A stretch of 64,000 nt of DNA from Fluviibacter sp. GTDB lineage: Bacteria; Pseudomonadota; Gammaproteobacteria; Burkholderiales; Rhodocyclaceae. Under the pieces are notes generated by a model. That model did not search any database, was not told where the DNA came from, and was given only the letters and a program-made list of their open reading frames with translations. Location of the stretch: assembly GCA_048859965.1 (NCBI GenBank), contig JBLIZO010000015.1, positions 3,127 through 67,126 of the forward strand. Reading direction: 5' to 3'. Within the stretch, counting starts at the first letter, position 1, and each line of letters starts with the position of its first letter. This document shows, piece after piece, positions 45,626 to 53,459 of this stretch. Both the position numbers and the translations under genes were made by a program.

Positions 45626-46357
45626 TCAATCGGGTTCGCTCGCTACGATGAGCCCACGCGACTTTTGACTGTCCGGGTCAATCGCCTGAATCGATGTTAA
45701 TAAATCGCTGATAGTGACCCAAAAGGGCGGGTATTTAAACTTGGCGACATCGGCGATCAGGACGCTATCGCTGGCGGTGTCATAGGCCACCAGCGGTGAA
45801 TAGTGGCCTTCACCTTTCTGGCCGAAGGTTGGGCGATAAAAATCGACAATGACACGCTTGTGCGGATTGGCCAGTGCGCTTTTCAGCAAGGTACGCAGCG
45901 TGTCTGCCGATAAATCGGAACCATAATAGAGTTGGTTGGCGACATTGAGTGCTGTCAGAAACCGGGATGCCTCCGCAAGCGTCATGCCGCCGTGGGCAAC
46001 GAGGTCATAAGACTTCACCTTGTTCGACTCGGTGTTAAAAAGCGCCTTTTGCGTGAAGTATTTATAGGGGCCGTATTCCGTCGCCGCTGGGCGTGGCATG
46101 GCCGGCATGCTGTTCAGGATGGCGGCCATGGATGCCGGGCCGCAGAAGCCCATGTTTTCTTGAGTGTCCACATAAGGCGCCACCATGAAGTAGGCATGGT
46201 TGAGATCGGCATGATCCAGACGTTGCATGCCCACAGGGGTGTTCAGATAGATCGGTTCGGTGGCCTGTGCGATGCTGCTTAAACAGACTGAGGCCAGCAC
46301 TAACATCAGCATTGCGATGCGTCGTTTCGGCGAACCGGATAAAAAAGTGAATGTCAT
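45626..46357 (-). CDS. Phytochelatin synthase-family protein with signal peptide
   Basis: Catalytic triad in QENMGFCGPAS, GHYSPL.AYD and DVAKFKYPPFWV; C-terminal SRG; AQA cleavage site. Confidence 0.88.
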   Translation of the reverse strand: MTFTFLSGSPKRRIAMLMLVLASVCLSSIAQATEPIYLNTPVGMQRLDHADLNHAYFMVAPYVDTQENMGFCGPASMAAILNSMPAMPRPAATEYGPYKYFTQKALFNTESNKVKSYDLVAHGGMTLAEASRFLTALNVANQLYYGSDLSADTLRTLLKSALANPHKRVIVDFYRPTFGQKGEGHYSPLVAYDTASDSVLIADVAKFKYPPFWVTISDLLTSIQAIDPDSQKSRGLIVASEPD

Positions 46358-46494
46358 GATGTCCCTTGGTGTCTATGGGCGACAAAAGCACTCTATCCGT
46401 TGTTCGGGCTGCAGTGTTCATTATTTGCAAAAACTTACGAACCATGGGAGCGGTAACGATAAAATCACGCCTTACCGTAAGTGCAGGTGTGTCG

Positions 46495-47307
46495 ATGAAA
46501 CCGATGTATTCCAATGCCGTTATTACGATCGTAGAAAACCAATTATTGCCGCTCATCATTTTTGGGGCCGTGCTTTTTGCCGTCAGGCTGGGTTGGTGGA
46601 TCGGTCATCGGTCGCATCACCGTAGCCAAGGGCAACGTACCTCTTCGGATGACACATTGATCGGCGCTATCCTGGGGTTGATGGGGCTGCTCATTGCATT
46701 CAGTTTTTCGGGGGCCGCCGCGCGCTTTGATCAACGCACGCATCTGATTGTGGCGGAAGCCAATACGGTTGCCGCCGCTTATGATTCGGTCAGCCTGCTG
46801 CCGGTGGCGCGCCAGTCAGGTCTTCAAGCCCGATATAAAGATTACCTGACGCAGCGCCTGGATCTTTATACCGACATGCCGGATTTTGAGCGCTATGACA
46901 CAAAACGCCGTGCGCTGGACGCTGTGATCCAAAGCATTGATGTCGAGACACGCGAGGCATTTAATGAAACGCGTGGTGATGCAAAAGCGCTGGCCATCGA
47001 GGCCGTGCGTAAGGTCGGCGCTATGAGGGATGCCTATGTGACGCAGCGTCAGGCGATGCTCTTTCACCAGCCGCGGATTATCTGGCTCTCACTGTTGGTG
47101 TTGGTACTCATCGGCGCGTTTCTGGCCGGCTACAAAATGGGACTCGCGCAACGCAAGGAGCGGTTTCTCACCATGATGTTCGGGCTGCTCATGGCCTGTG
47201 CGATTTACCTCATCATCATTATCGAATTCCCCATGCTTGGCAAAGTCAGCCTGGATCAATACAACCAGGAATTTGAAAACACCCTGAACCGGATTCCTCA
47301 GCAATGA
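46495..47307 (+). CDS. DUF4239-like 4-TM membrane protein
   Basis: LGLMGLLIAFSFS.A..RFD.R..LIV.EAN; start uncertain. Confidence 0.65.
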   Translation: MKPMYSNAVITIVENQLLPLIIFGAVLFAVRLGWWIGHRSHHRSQGQRTSSDDTLIGAILGLMGLLIAFSFSGAAARFDQRTHLIVAEANTVAAAYDSVSLLPVARQSGLQARYKDYLTQRLDLYTDMPDFERYDTKRRALDAVIQSIDVETREAFNETRGDAKALAIEAVRKVGAMRDAYVTQRQAMLFHQPRIIWLSLLVLVLIGAFLAGYKMGLAQRKERFLTMMFGLLMACAIYLIIIIEFPMLGKVSLDQYNQEFENTLNRIPQQ

Positions 47308-48545
47308 CGCCTGACTGTAAGCAACGTACTCATGCCGCCATTCGGTGGTTCCTGACGCCGCTATGCGCTGTGGTGCTCATTGCCTGTAGCACGCCGCCGC
47401 GCAAACCAGCGCTGAACGATACCTCGCTGCAATCGGCCACCATCGATGGGCTTGCCGATGTGCGCTTTGTGCCGAGTACCCCGGAGGGCGTCAATGCCTA
47501 TCTGGGCGAATTGAAACGGATTGTGCCCCTGCGGGATAAAAATCCGGCCGGTACATCGCATTACCTGTCGCTCTCGGGTGGTGGCGACAATGGCGCTTTT
47601 GGCGCGGGTATCCTGGCCGGTTGGACGAAACGGGGCGATCGCCCCGTCTTTGATCAGGTGGTGGGTATCAGTACCGGATCGCTGGTTGCGCCATTTGCGT
47701 TCCTGGGGTCGGATTACGATGCCCAACTCAAGGCGGTGTTCACCACCGTCACACCAGGTGATATCTACAAACAGCGCGGTCTCTACGCCATCATCTCCGG
47801 GGATTCTCTGGCCGATAACACGCCCCTGCTACGCTTGATTGAAAAGCATATCGATCAGGCCATGCTGGAGCAGATCGCGCAAGCCTATGAGCAGGAAGGA
47901 CGTTTGCTGCTCATCGGCACCACCAACATCGATACCGGGCAACTGGTTGTCTGGAACATGGGGCATATTGCCGCACAGCGATCGGAAGCCAGCGCCGCAT
48001 TGTTCCATCGCGTGATGCTGGCCTCTGCTGCAGTACCCGGGATGTTCCCCGCCGCGTTGTTTGATGCCGAGGTCAATGGTCAGGCGTACCATGAGCTGCA
48101 TGTGGATGGCGGCCTGTCGGTGCAGATCTATCTGTATCCGGCGGCTGTGAGTAAAAAGGCTATCGCGCAAGGCATTATCAAGCCGCGTAAACGCGAGGCG
48201 TACATCATCCGCAATGCCACCATCTCGGTAGGTTCTGAGAACACCGAACCCAGCAGTTTGGGTGTGTTAACGCGCTCCTACAAAAAAATTATTCAGGCAC
48301 AGGGCGTGGGTAATCTGTACCAGATTTACCAGATCGCTCAGCGTGACAAGGTGGGCTTCAATCTGGCCTTTATTGGTGACGATTTCAAAGCGCCGCACCC
48401 GGATGAATTCGACCAGGGTTACATGAAAGCTCTGTTCGCCTATGGCTATCAGAAAGCCCTGAGCGGCTACCCGTGGGGCAAATCGCCGCCGGGCTTTGAT
48501 GAAAGCACACGTGAAGATATTCAGGCGCAAAGCCGCCGCAACTAA
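47304..48545 (+). CDS. Patatin-like phospholipase lipoprotein
   Basis: Lipobox LIAC, LSGGGDNGAFGAG, GISTG nucleophile, HVDGG. Confidence 0.88.
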   Translation: MTPDCKQRTHAAIRWFLTPLCAVVLIACSTPPRKPALNDTSLQSATIDGLADVRFVPSTPEGVNAYLGELKRIVPLRDKNPAGTSHYLSLSGGGDNGAFGAGILAGWTKRGDRPVFDQVVGISTGSLVAPFAFLGSDYDAQLKAVFTTVTPGDIYKQRGLYAIISGDSLADNTPLLRLIEKHIDQAMLEQIAQAYEQEGRLLLIGTTNIDTGQLVVWNMGHIAAQRSEASAALFHRVMLASAAVPGMFPAALFDAEVNGQAYHELHVDGGLSVQIYLYPAAVSKKAIAQGIIKPRKREAYIIRNATISVGSENTEPSSLGVLTRSYKKIIQAQGVGNLYQIYQIAQRDKVGFNLAFIGDDFKAPHPDEFDQGYMKALFAYGYQKALSGYPWGKSPPGFDESTREDIQAQSRRN

Positions 48546-48601
48546 GCGGCGGCACCCTTACAAATCGTTACCGATTCAGGTTGCTTGATGAATCTGGGTA
48601 G

Positions 48602-48636
48602 AACCCTTCGGACAATTTATTGTCCGAAGGGTTTTT
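48602..48636. terminator. Terminator between convergent patatin and fpr genes
   Basis: aacccttcggacaat-tt-attgtccgaagggtt-ttt. Confidence 0.8.
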
Positions 48637-48657
48637 GCGTGGTTGTCGGGTAAACGC

Positions 48658-49434
48658 TTATTTCTCGACGAAGGCGCGTTCGATCACGTAGTCGCCCTGT
48701 ACACCGCGCTTGGGCGAGATATGGAATCCGAAGCGGTCGAGCATGTTGCTGGTGTCTTCCAGCATGGCGGGGCTACCGCAGATCATACCGCGATCAGTTT
48801 CGGGGTTCAGTGGCGTAATACCCAAGTCGGCGAATAATTTGCCCGATTCGATGAGGTCGGTCAGACGGCCCTGGTTTTTGTAGGCTTCGCGGGTGACGGT
48901 TGGGTAATACAACAGCTTCTTGCAGACTTCGTCGCCGAAGTATTCGTTGAGCGGCAGGACTTCGGTGATGAAGCGCTCGTAGGCCAGCTCGCTGACGGTT
49001 CGCACGCCATGGATCAGGATGAGTTGTTCATACTGTTCATAGGCTTCCGGGTCCTGAATCAGACTCATAAAGGGTGCCAGACCGGTGCCAGTGGAGAACA
49101 TGAAGAGGCGTTTGCCCGGTTTCAGATCGGACAACACGAGGGTACCGGTGGGCTTTTTGCTGACCAGCAGTTTGTCACCAACCTTAATGTGCTGAAGAAT
49201 CGAGGTCAAAGGGCCGTCGGGCACCTTGATGCTGAAAAACTCCAGGTGTTCTTCGTAGTTGGGGCTGGCGATACTGTAAGCCCGCATCAGTGGGCGGCCG
49301 TTGACTTCCAGGCCGATCATGACGAATTGCCCGTTCTCGAACCTTAAGCCCGCGTCGCGGGTGGTTTTGAAGCTGAACAGGGATTCGTTCCAATGATAGA
49401 CATCGGTGACGGTTTCTTCGATGTAGTTGCTCAT
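48658..49434 (-). CDS. fpr: Ferredoxin-NADP+ reductase (bacterial subclass I)
   Basis: GQFVMIGL, RAYSIAS, GPLTS, TGTGLAPF, C-terminal ERAFVEK. Confidence 0.95.
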   Translation of the reverse strand: MSNYIEETVTDVYHWNESLFSFKTTRDAGLRFENGQFVMIGLEVNGRPLMRAYSIASPNYEEHLEFFSIKVPDGPLTSILQHIKVGDKLLVSKKPTGTLVLSDLKPGKRLFMFSTGTGLAPFMSLIQDPEAYEQYEQLILIHGVRTVSELAYERFITEVLPLNEYFGDEVCKKLLYYPTVTREAYKNQGRLTDLIESGKLFADLGITPLNPETDRGMICGSPAMLEDTSNMLDRFGFHISPKRGVQGDYVIERAFVEK

Positions 49435-49576
49435 AACAGGGCTTTGTGCGGTGCAAAACTCGTTATTTTACTGATCGTCCGACAAAATTAAATAACTTTT
49501 AGTCATAAAGTATCCTTTTGCGGCGCGATGTTTTGTATACGTCATAATGGGCGTTTTGCAGCCGGGTTGATACGAC

Positions 49577-51922
49577 ATGCGGAACCTTCAGCGCTTTGGG
49601 ATTTGGGCTTTTGTTATGGGGCTGGCGCTCTGGTTGGGTGCCGCTGCTGCCCAGATGCCGCAGCTTCTGCCGGTCAAGCCGGCGCCTGCGCCCAAGCCGG
49701 TCAGTGCCACGGCGGTTGATCCCGCCAAAGAGCTGGCGGATGCTCAGAGCCGATTCAACGAAAGCCGTGAGACGCTGGCGCGTATACGCGTACAGCTTAA
49801 TCGTGCGGGATTGCCAAACGAGGTGCGTAACGAGCAGCTCAAGCAGTTCAATCTGCGTCAGACCCTGACTGACCGTTATGCCCAGCAGGTGGAATATCTG
49901 AAGCAGTTGCAGGTGCTGGAACAGAACATCAGTGATGCACAGCAGCAGTTGTCCACTTGGGCGCCGCCCGCCGGTGAGCCGCCCTGGCCAGTGAGTGTCG
50001 GGGACAAGTTGCGTAGCGAGATGCTGACCTATCAGACGCAGATCAATCAGCTTGGCAGCGAATCGACTGCGCTTTCGAAACAGATCATCGATCTGGGGCG
50101 TCAGCAGAACGATGCCGAGGTGCAGTTGCGCCAATTGCAGGAAAAGCTCGGTGCGCTCGATGCGGGGGGTATGGCCAAGCTGAGCGATAGCGCCCGTACA
50201 ACGCTTGAGATAAAACGAGTTGAACTGGCGCTGAAAAGCGCCATTCTGCTACGTTACGATCTGAATCGTCGGCTGAAGGACAAGCAACGTACCTTGCAGG
50301 AATTGCGTCTGGCGACTCTCGAGAAGACTTGGGCTTATTACGACGGCCGCTTTGATCTGTCGCCCGAAGTGCTCGATGCTGCCCGAGCCGAGTTGCAGAA
50401 GTCGATGGATCAGAACCGCGATCTGGAAATTGGTGCGCTCAGTCGTTTTGATGCGGCCGCTGCGCGTTTAACGCAGGCGAAAAACCAGTACGATGCCCTG
50501 AATCCCGACAAAACGCCTGCCGAAAAATTACGCCGGGCGCGGGCGGCGCTGGATATTGCTCAGGCAGATGAAATCACTGCGCGTAGCGAGGTCGATCGCC
50601 TGCGGCAGTTGATCGAACTGGCGAGCTATACTCAGCAAGTCTGGGATGCACGCGCCCAAATTTATGCGACGCCACGGCCCGATGCCGCGAAAATGGCCGA
50701 AATCGCGCAGCGTGTGCAGATTGGCCGGTTACGTACGGATGAGGCGCGTGGCTTTTTACAGCAGACGCTGAGTAGTCGTGAGCAGGAGGCCTTCGATTTG
50801 CGCAAGGCGATGCTGACGTATAAAGACGGTCTTGATCGGCAGGTGGCTACCGCGCGGCTGCAGGCCGCGAACGCACAGACAGACATGGCGCGTTCGGTGT
50901 TGGCCGCGCTGGAAAACTTTGACCAGTTTCTTCGATTGTTACAGATCGAACTGGGCGTGTCTGAAGACAAGAAAAGCTGGTCCGAACGGGCGCTGGGCTA
51001 TTGGCAACGCGCGGAAGATCTGGGCAGCAAAGTCTGGCGTTATGAGCTGTTTACCGTGGATGATCAGATCGTCGCCGATGGCAAGGAGGTGAAAACCACG
51101 CGGAGTGTGACGGTGGGCAAGAGTATCGGCGCCATTGGTATTCTGCTGTTTGGTTTTCTGATGGTGTCATGGCTGATTCGTGCGGCCATCGGCATCGCCG
51201 AACGCCGTATCGGGTTGAAAGCCTCCGTGGCGACTTTGATTCGTCGCTGGTTAATGCTCATCGCTACGGCAACGCTGATCGTGCTGAGCTTTAATTTAGT
51301 GCAGATTCCCTTGAGTGTTTTTGCCTTTCTGGGTGGGGCGTTGGCGATTGGTGTGGGCTTTGGCACCCAGAATTTGCTCAAGAATCTGATCAGCGGGGTC
51401 ATGTTGCTGGTTGAACGCCCGATCCGCATTGGCGATCTGGTGGAAATTGACAATGTCCGTGGGCGGGTGACGTCGATCGGTATCCGCTTCTCGACGATTC
51501 ATGGTTCGGATGGGATCGATACGTTGATTCCTAATAGCGAATTGGTTGAGAAAAAGCTGACGAATTGGACCTACGGCAACCCGGCGGCTCGGCGCGAAAT
51601 CCGTGTGGGTGTTGCCTATGGTTCAGACCCATTACAGGTACAGACTCTTTTGCAGGATGTCGCATCCGGGCACCCTGGGGTAATGCCATTACCGGCGCCG
51701 ATGGTGGTGCTGGACGATTTTGCCGAAAGCGCCTTGTTGTTCACGCTGCGTTTCTGGGTGCGCCTGGATCAGGGACTGGATGGGCGCGTGATCGATAGCG
51801 ATCTGCGCTGCCGGGTTCTACAGAAATTGGCCGAGGCGGGGATTGACATTCCGTTCCCACAGCGCGATGTGCATGTGGTGGGTGTGTCGGAATGTATGCA
51901 TAAAACCGACAGCGGTGGCTGA
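49577..51922 (+). CDS. Large MscS-family mechanosensitive channel with periplasmic helical domain
   Basis: Signal peptide, long helical region, GGALAIGVGFG.QNLLKN.ISG, IPN, TNWT, IPFPQRD. Confidence 0.88.
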   Translation: MRNLQRFGIWAFVMGLALWLGAAAAQMPQLLPVKPAPAPKPVSATAVDPAKELADAQSRFNESRETLARIRVQLNRAGLPNEVRNEQLKQFNLRQTLTDRYAQQVEYLKQLQVLEQNISDAQQQLSTWAPPAGEPPWPVSVGDKLRSEMLTYQTQINQLGSESTALSKQIIDLGRQQNDAEVQLRQLQEKLGALDAGGMAKLSDSARTTLEIKRVELALKSAILLRYDLNRRLKDKQRTLQELRLATLEKTWAYYDGRFDLSPEVLDAARAELQKSMDQNRDLEIGALSRFDAAAARLTQAKNQYDALNPDKTPAEKLRRARAALDIAQADEITARSEVDRLRQLIELASYTQQVWDARAQIYATPRPDAAKMAEIAQRVQIGRLRTDEARGFLQQTLSSREQEAFDLRKAMLTYKDGLDRQVATARLQAANAQTDMARSVLAALENFDQFLRLLQIELGVSEDKKSWSERALGYWQRAEDLGSKVWRYELFTVDDQIVADGKEVKTTRSVTVGKSIGAIGILLFGFLMVSWLIRAAIGIAERRIGLKASVATLIRRWLMLIATATLIVLSFNLVQIPLSVFAFLGGALAIGVGFGTQNLLKNLISGVMLLVERPIRIGDLVEIDNVRGRVTSIGIRFSTIHGSDGIDTLIPNSELVEKKLTNWTYGNPAARREIRVGVAYGSDPLQVQTLLQDVASGHPGVMPLPAPMVVLDDFAESALLFTLRFWVRLDQGLDGRVIDSDLRCRVLQKLAEAGIDIPFPQRDVHVVGVSECMHKTDSGG

Positions 51923-51943
51923 TCGGGTTCGAATGAAGACTTT

Positions 51944-51957
51944 TTGACGCATATCAA
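51944..51957. promoter_or_regulatory. FNR/ANR-type binding box
   Basis: TTGAC-GCAT-ATCAA, 9 of 10 matches to TTGAT-N4-ATCAA; centred at -61.5 if +1 is 52012. Confidence 0.72.
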
Positions 51958-51977
51958 TTTATTGTGCATGAATAAAC

Positions 51978-52005
51978 TTGTTTCCTGATGTGAAAGTTGT
52001 AGGAT
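51978..52005 (+). promoter_or_regulatory. Sigma70-type promoter of candidate ncRNA
   Basis: TTGTTT 51978-83, 16 bp spacer, TAGGAT 52000-05. Confidence 0.55.
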
Positions 52006-52011
52006 GTACTC

Positions 52012-52206
52012 AAAGACTCCAAAAGGAGCGTGGGGAGACAAGGTGCAAGTCCCCGAATTCCGTTGAGAGCTGTTGAGTCCGATTCGGGTCAGTCGCTGTG
52101 TCTGTCAGCCAATAGGTGGCGGAGGGCGATTGAGGGAGCGGTAGGTGGCGTCAGGAAACGACTAAAAAGGTAGGTTGAAAGGCAGGGTAGTTCCCTGCCT
52201 TTTTTT
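52012..52206 (+). ncRNA. Candidate FNR-regulated structured sRNA (about 195 nt), putative sponge
   Basis: Promoter plus FNR box, several stems (52052-59/52081-88; 52089-97/52125-33; 52101-07/52117-23), terminator, no convincing ORF. Confidence 0.6.
52178..52206 (+). terminator. Rho-independent terminator
   Basis: aaaggcaggg-tagtt-ccctgcc followed by T7. Confidence 0.88.
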
Positions 52207-52289
52207 ATCGGCGCGTGCCAGATCCATGAGGGATGGGAGAACGTGGTCTGTCTGCAAATGCTGCGCCGCACACAGCAGAATTGCTTTGG

Positions 52290-52298
52290 TGGCATAAT
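52290..52298 (+). promoter_or_regulatory. Extended -10 element for the Mrp-type operon
   Basis: TGgCATAAT downstream of the terminator. Confidence 0.4.
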
Positions 52299-52403
52299 TG
52301 TCTGCAGATACAGGGTGAAACAAGGAGGCCGCGTGTATTTTTCGATTCTGCGGGTCAGTGCTTGGGATGTCGAAGTACCGATACAGGTGCATTGCGAGGC
52401 CTT

Positions 52404-52889
52404 ATGACGCGCGATCAAATGGCTGCCTGTAGCCGGTTTTCTGGCTTGTTCCTGATCTGGTTGGCGCTGATGACGTGGTCGCCCGCGTCGTGGGCCGTAG
52501 GTGTGCTGGCGGCCCTTGCTGCAACGTGGTGGAGTCTGCGTCTGTTGCCCCCGGCGGCTGCCGGTATTCGCTTTGGGTTGATGTGTCTGCTGGTGCCGCG
52601 CTTCCTCTGGCAGTCTTTGCTGGCCGGATGGGATGTGGCGCTACGTGCGTTGAACCCGAAGATGCCGCTCAAGACAGGTTTCATCACTTTCCGCTGCACG
52701 TACCAGAAGGCCTTTGCGCACGACAGTTTTGCGACGGTCACCAGCCTGTTACCCGGCACCTTGCCATGTGACGATAACGATGGCGTCCTGCTTTACCACT
52801 GTCTTGATCTGGATCAACCGGTTGTGGCTCAGCTTGCCGAAGAGGCCCGACGGCTGGCGCCGGTATTCGGGGAACAAACCGATGGCTGA
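52404..52889 (+). CDS. Mrp/Mnh antiporter subunit E
   Basis: N-terminal TMs, DVALRAL.P..P, SLLPGTL, HCLD; ATG 52404 after gagg. Confidence 0.8.
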   Translation: MTRDQMAACSRFSGLFLIWLALMTWSPASWAVGVLAALAATWWSLRLLPPAAAGIRFGLMCLLVPRFLWQSLLAGWDVALRALNPKMPLKTGFITFRCTYQKAFAHDSFATVTSLLPGTLPCDDNDGVLLYHCLDLDQPVVAQLAEEARRLAPVFGEQTDG

Positions 52890-53166
52890 TTTTTTCATGG
52901 GCGCCGCCTTGCTGGTGCTGTTGCTGACGGCGATTGGTCTGTTCCGGCTGCTGCGTGGTCCGGGGCAGGCAGACCGGGTGATGTCGGCACAGATTTTCGG
53001 CACCGGTGGCGTTGCCGTCCTGCTGCTGGTTGCTGCAGCGGGTGAGATTGCCGCGCTGGATGTGGCGCTGCTTCTGGCGCTGTTGTCGGCTTTTGTGTCA
53101 CTGGCTTTCGCCGTTTTTGCCGATCGATCCAACGTATCCGCTGCGTCGGGCAGGGGGGGCGAATGA
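52882..53166 (+). CDS. Mrp/Mnh antiporter subunit F
   Basis: R...GP..ADR, 3 TM, DVALLLALL. Confidence 0.85.
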   Translation: MADFFMGAALLVLLLTAIGLFRLLRGPGQADRVMSAQIFGTGGVAVLLLVAAAGEIAALDVALLLALLSAFVSLAFAVFADRSNVSAASGRGGE

Positions 53167-53459
53167 GCCTGCTGCTGGATGCCTGGAGTGTGGTGGCCGT
53201 ATCTGCCGGCGTGTTCTTTTTTCTGGCGGGAACCGTCGGCCTGTTGCGTTTTCCCGATGCGTTAACGCGCCTGCACGCCTTAACCAAGGCCGATAATCTG
53301 GGCCTGGGGCTGATCGTTTTCGGTCTGCTGCCCCAAATGAACGATGTGCTGTCGGCGGCCAAGCTCATCGTTGTCTGGTTGCTCGTGCTGGTAGGCGGTG
53401 CGGTTGTTTCGCAACGGATTGCCCGTCTGGCCCGTCAGGCGGCGGAGATTGAGCAATGA
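53163..53459 (+). CDS. Mrp/Mnh antiporter subunit G
   Basis: GLLRFPD..TRLHALTKAD.LG. Confidence 0.88.
   Translation: MSLLLDAWSVVAVSAGVFFFLAGTVGLLRFPDALTRLHALTKADNLGLGLIVFGLLPQMNDVLSAAKLIVVWLLVLVGGAVVSQRIARLARQAAEIEQ

Noticed and set aside
52019-52041. Second copy of the CU-rich sRNA encoded on the minus strand
   Set aside because: It reads TTGTCTCCCCACGCTCCTTTTGG on the minus strand, but no GC-stem/U-tract terminator follows it there. The promoter and terminator point to the + strand. Origin by inverted duplication remains possible.
52030-52070. Cobalamin or yybP-ykoY riboswitch (GGGGAG..., GGTGCAAGTCC)
   Set aside because: Only short fragments match; the GCCCCCGCAACTGT/B12-box and GGGGAGTAGC cores are absent.
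52030-52173. 47-codon GTG-initiated ORF within the candidate RNA
   Set aside because: The SD is only 1 nt from the GTG, the product has no recognisable features, and the region is better explained by RNA stems; not fully excluded.
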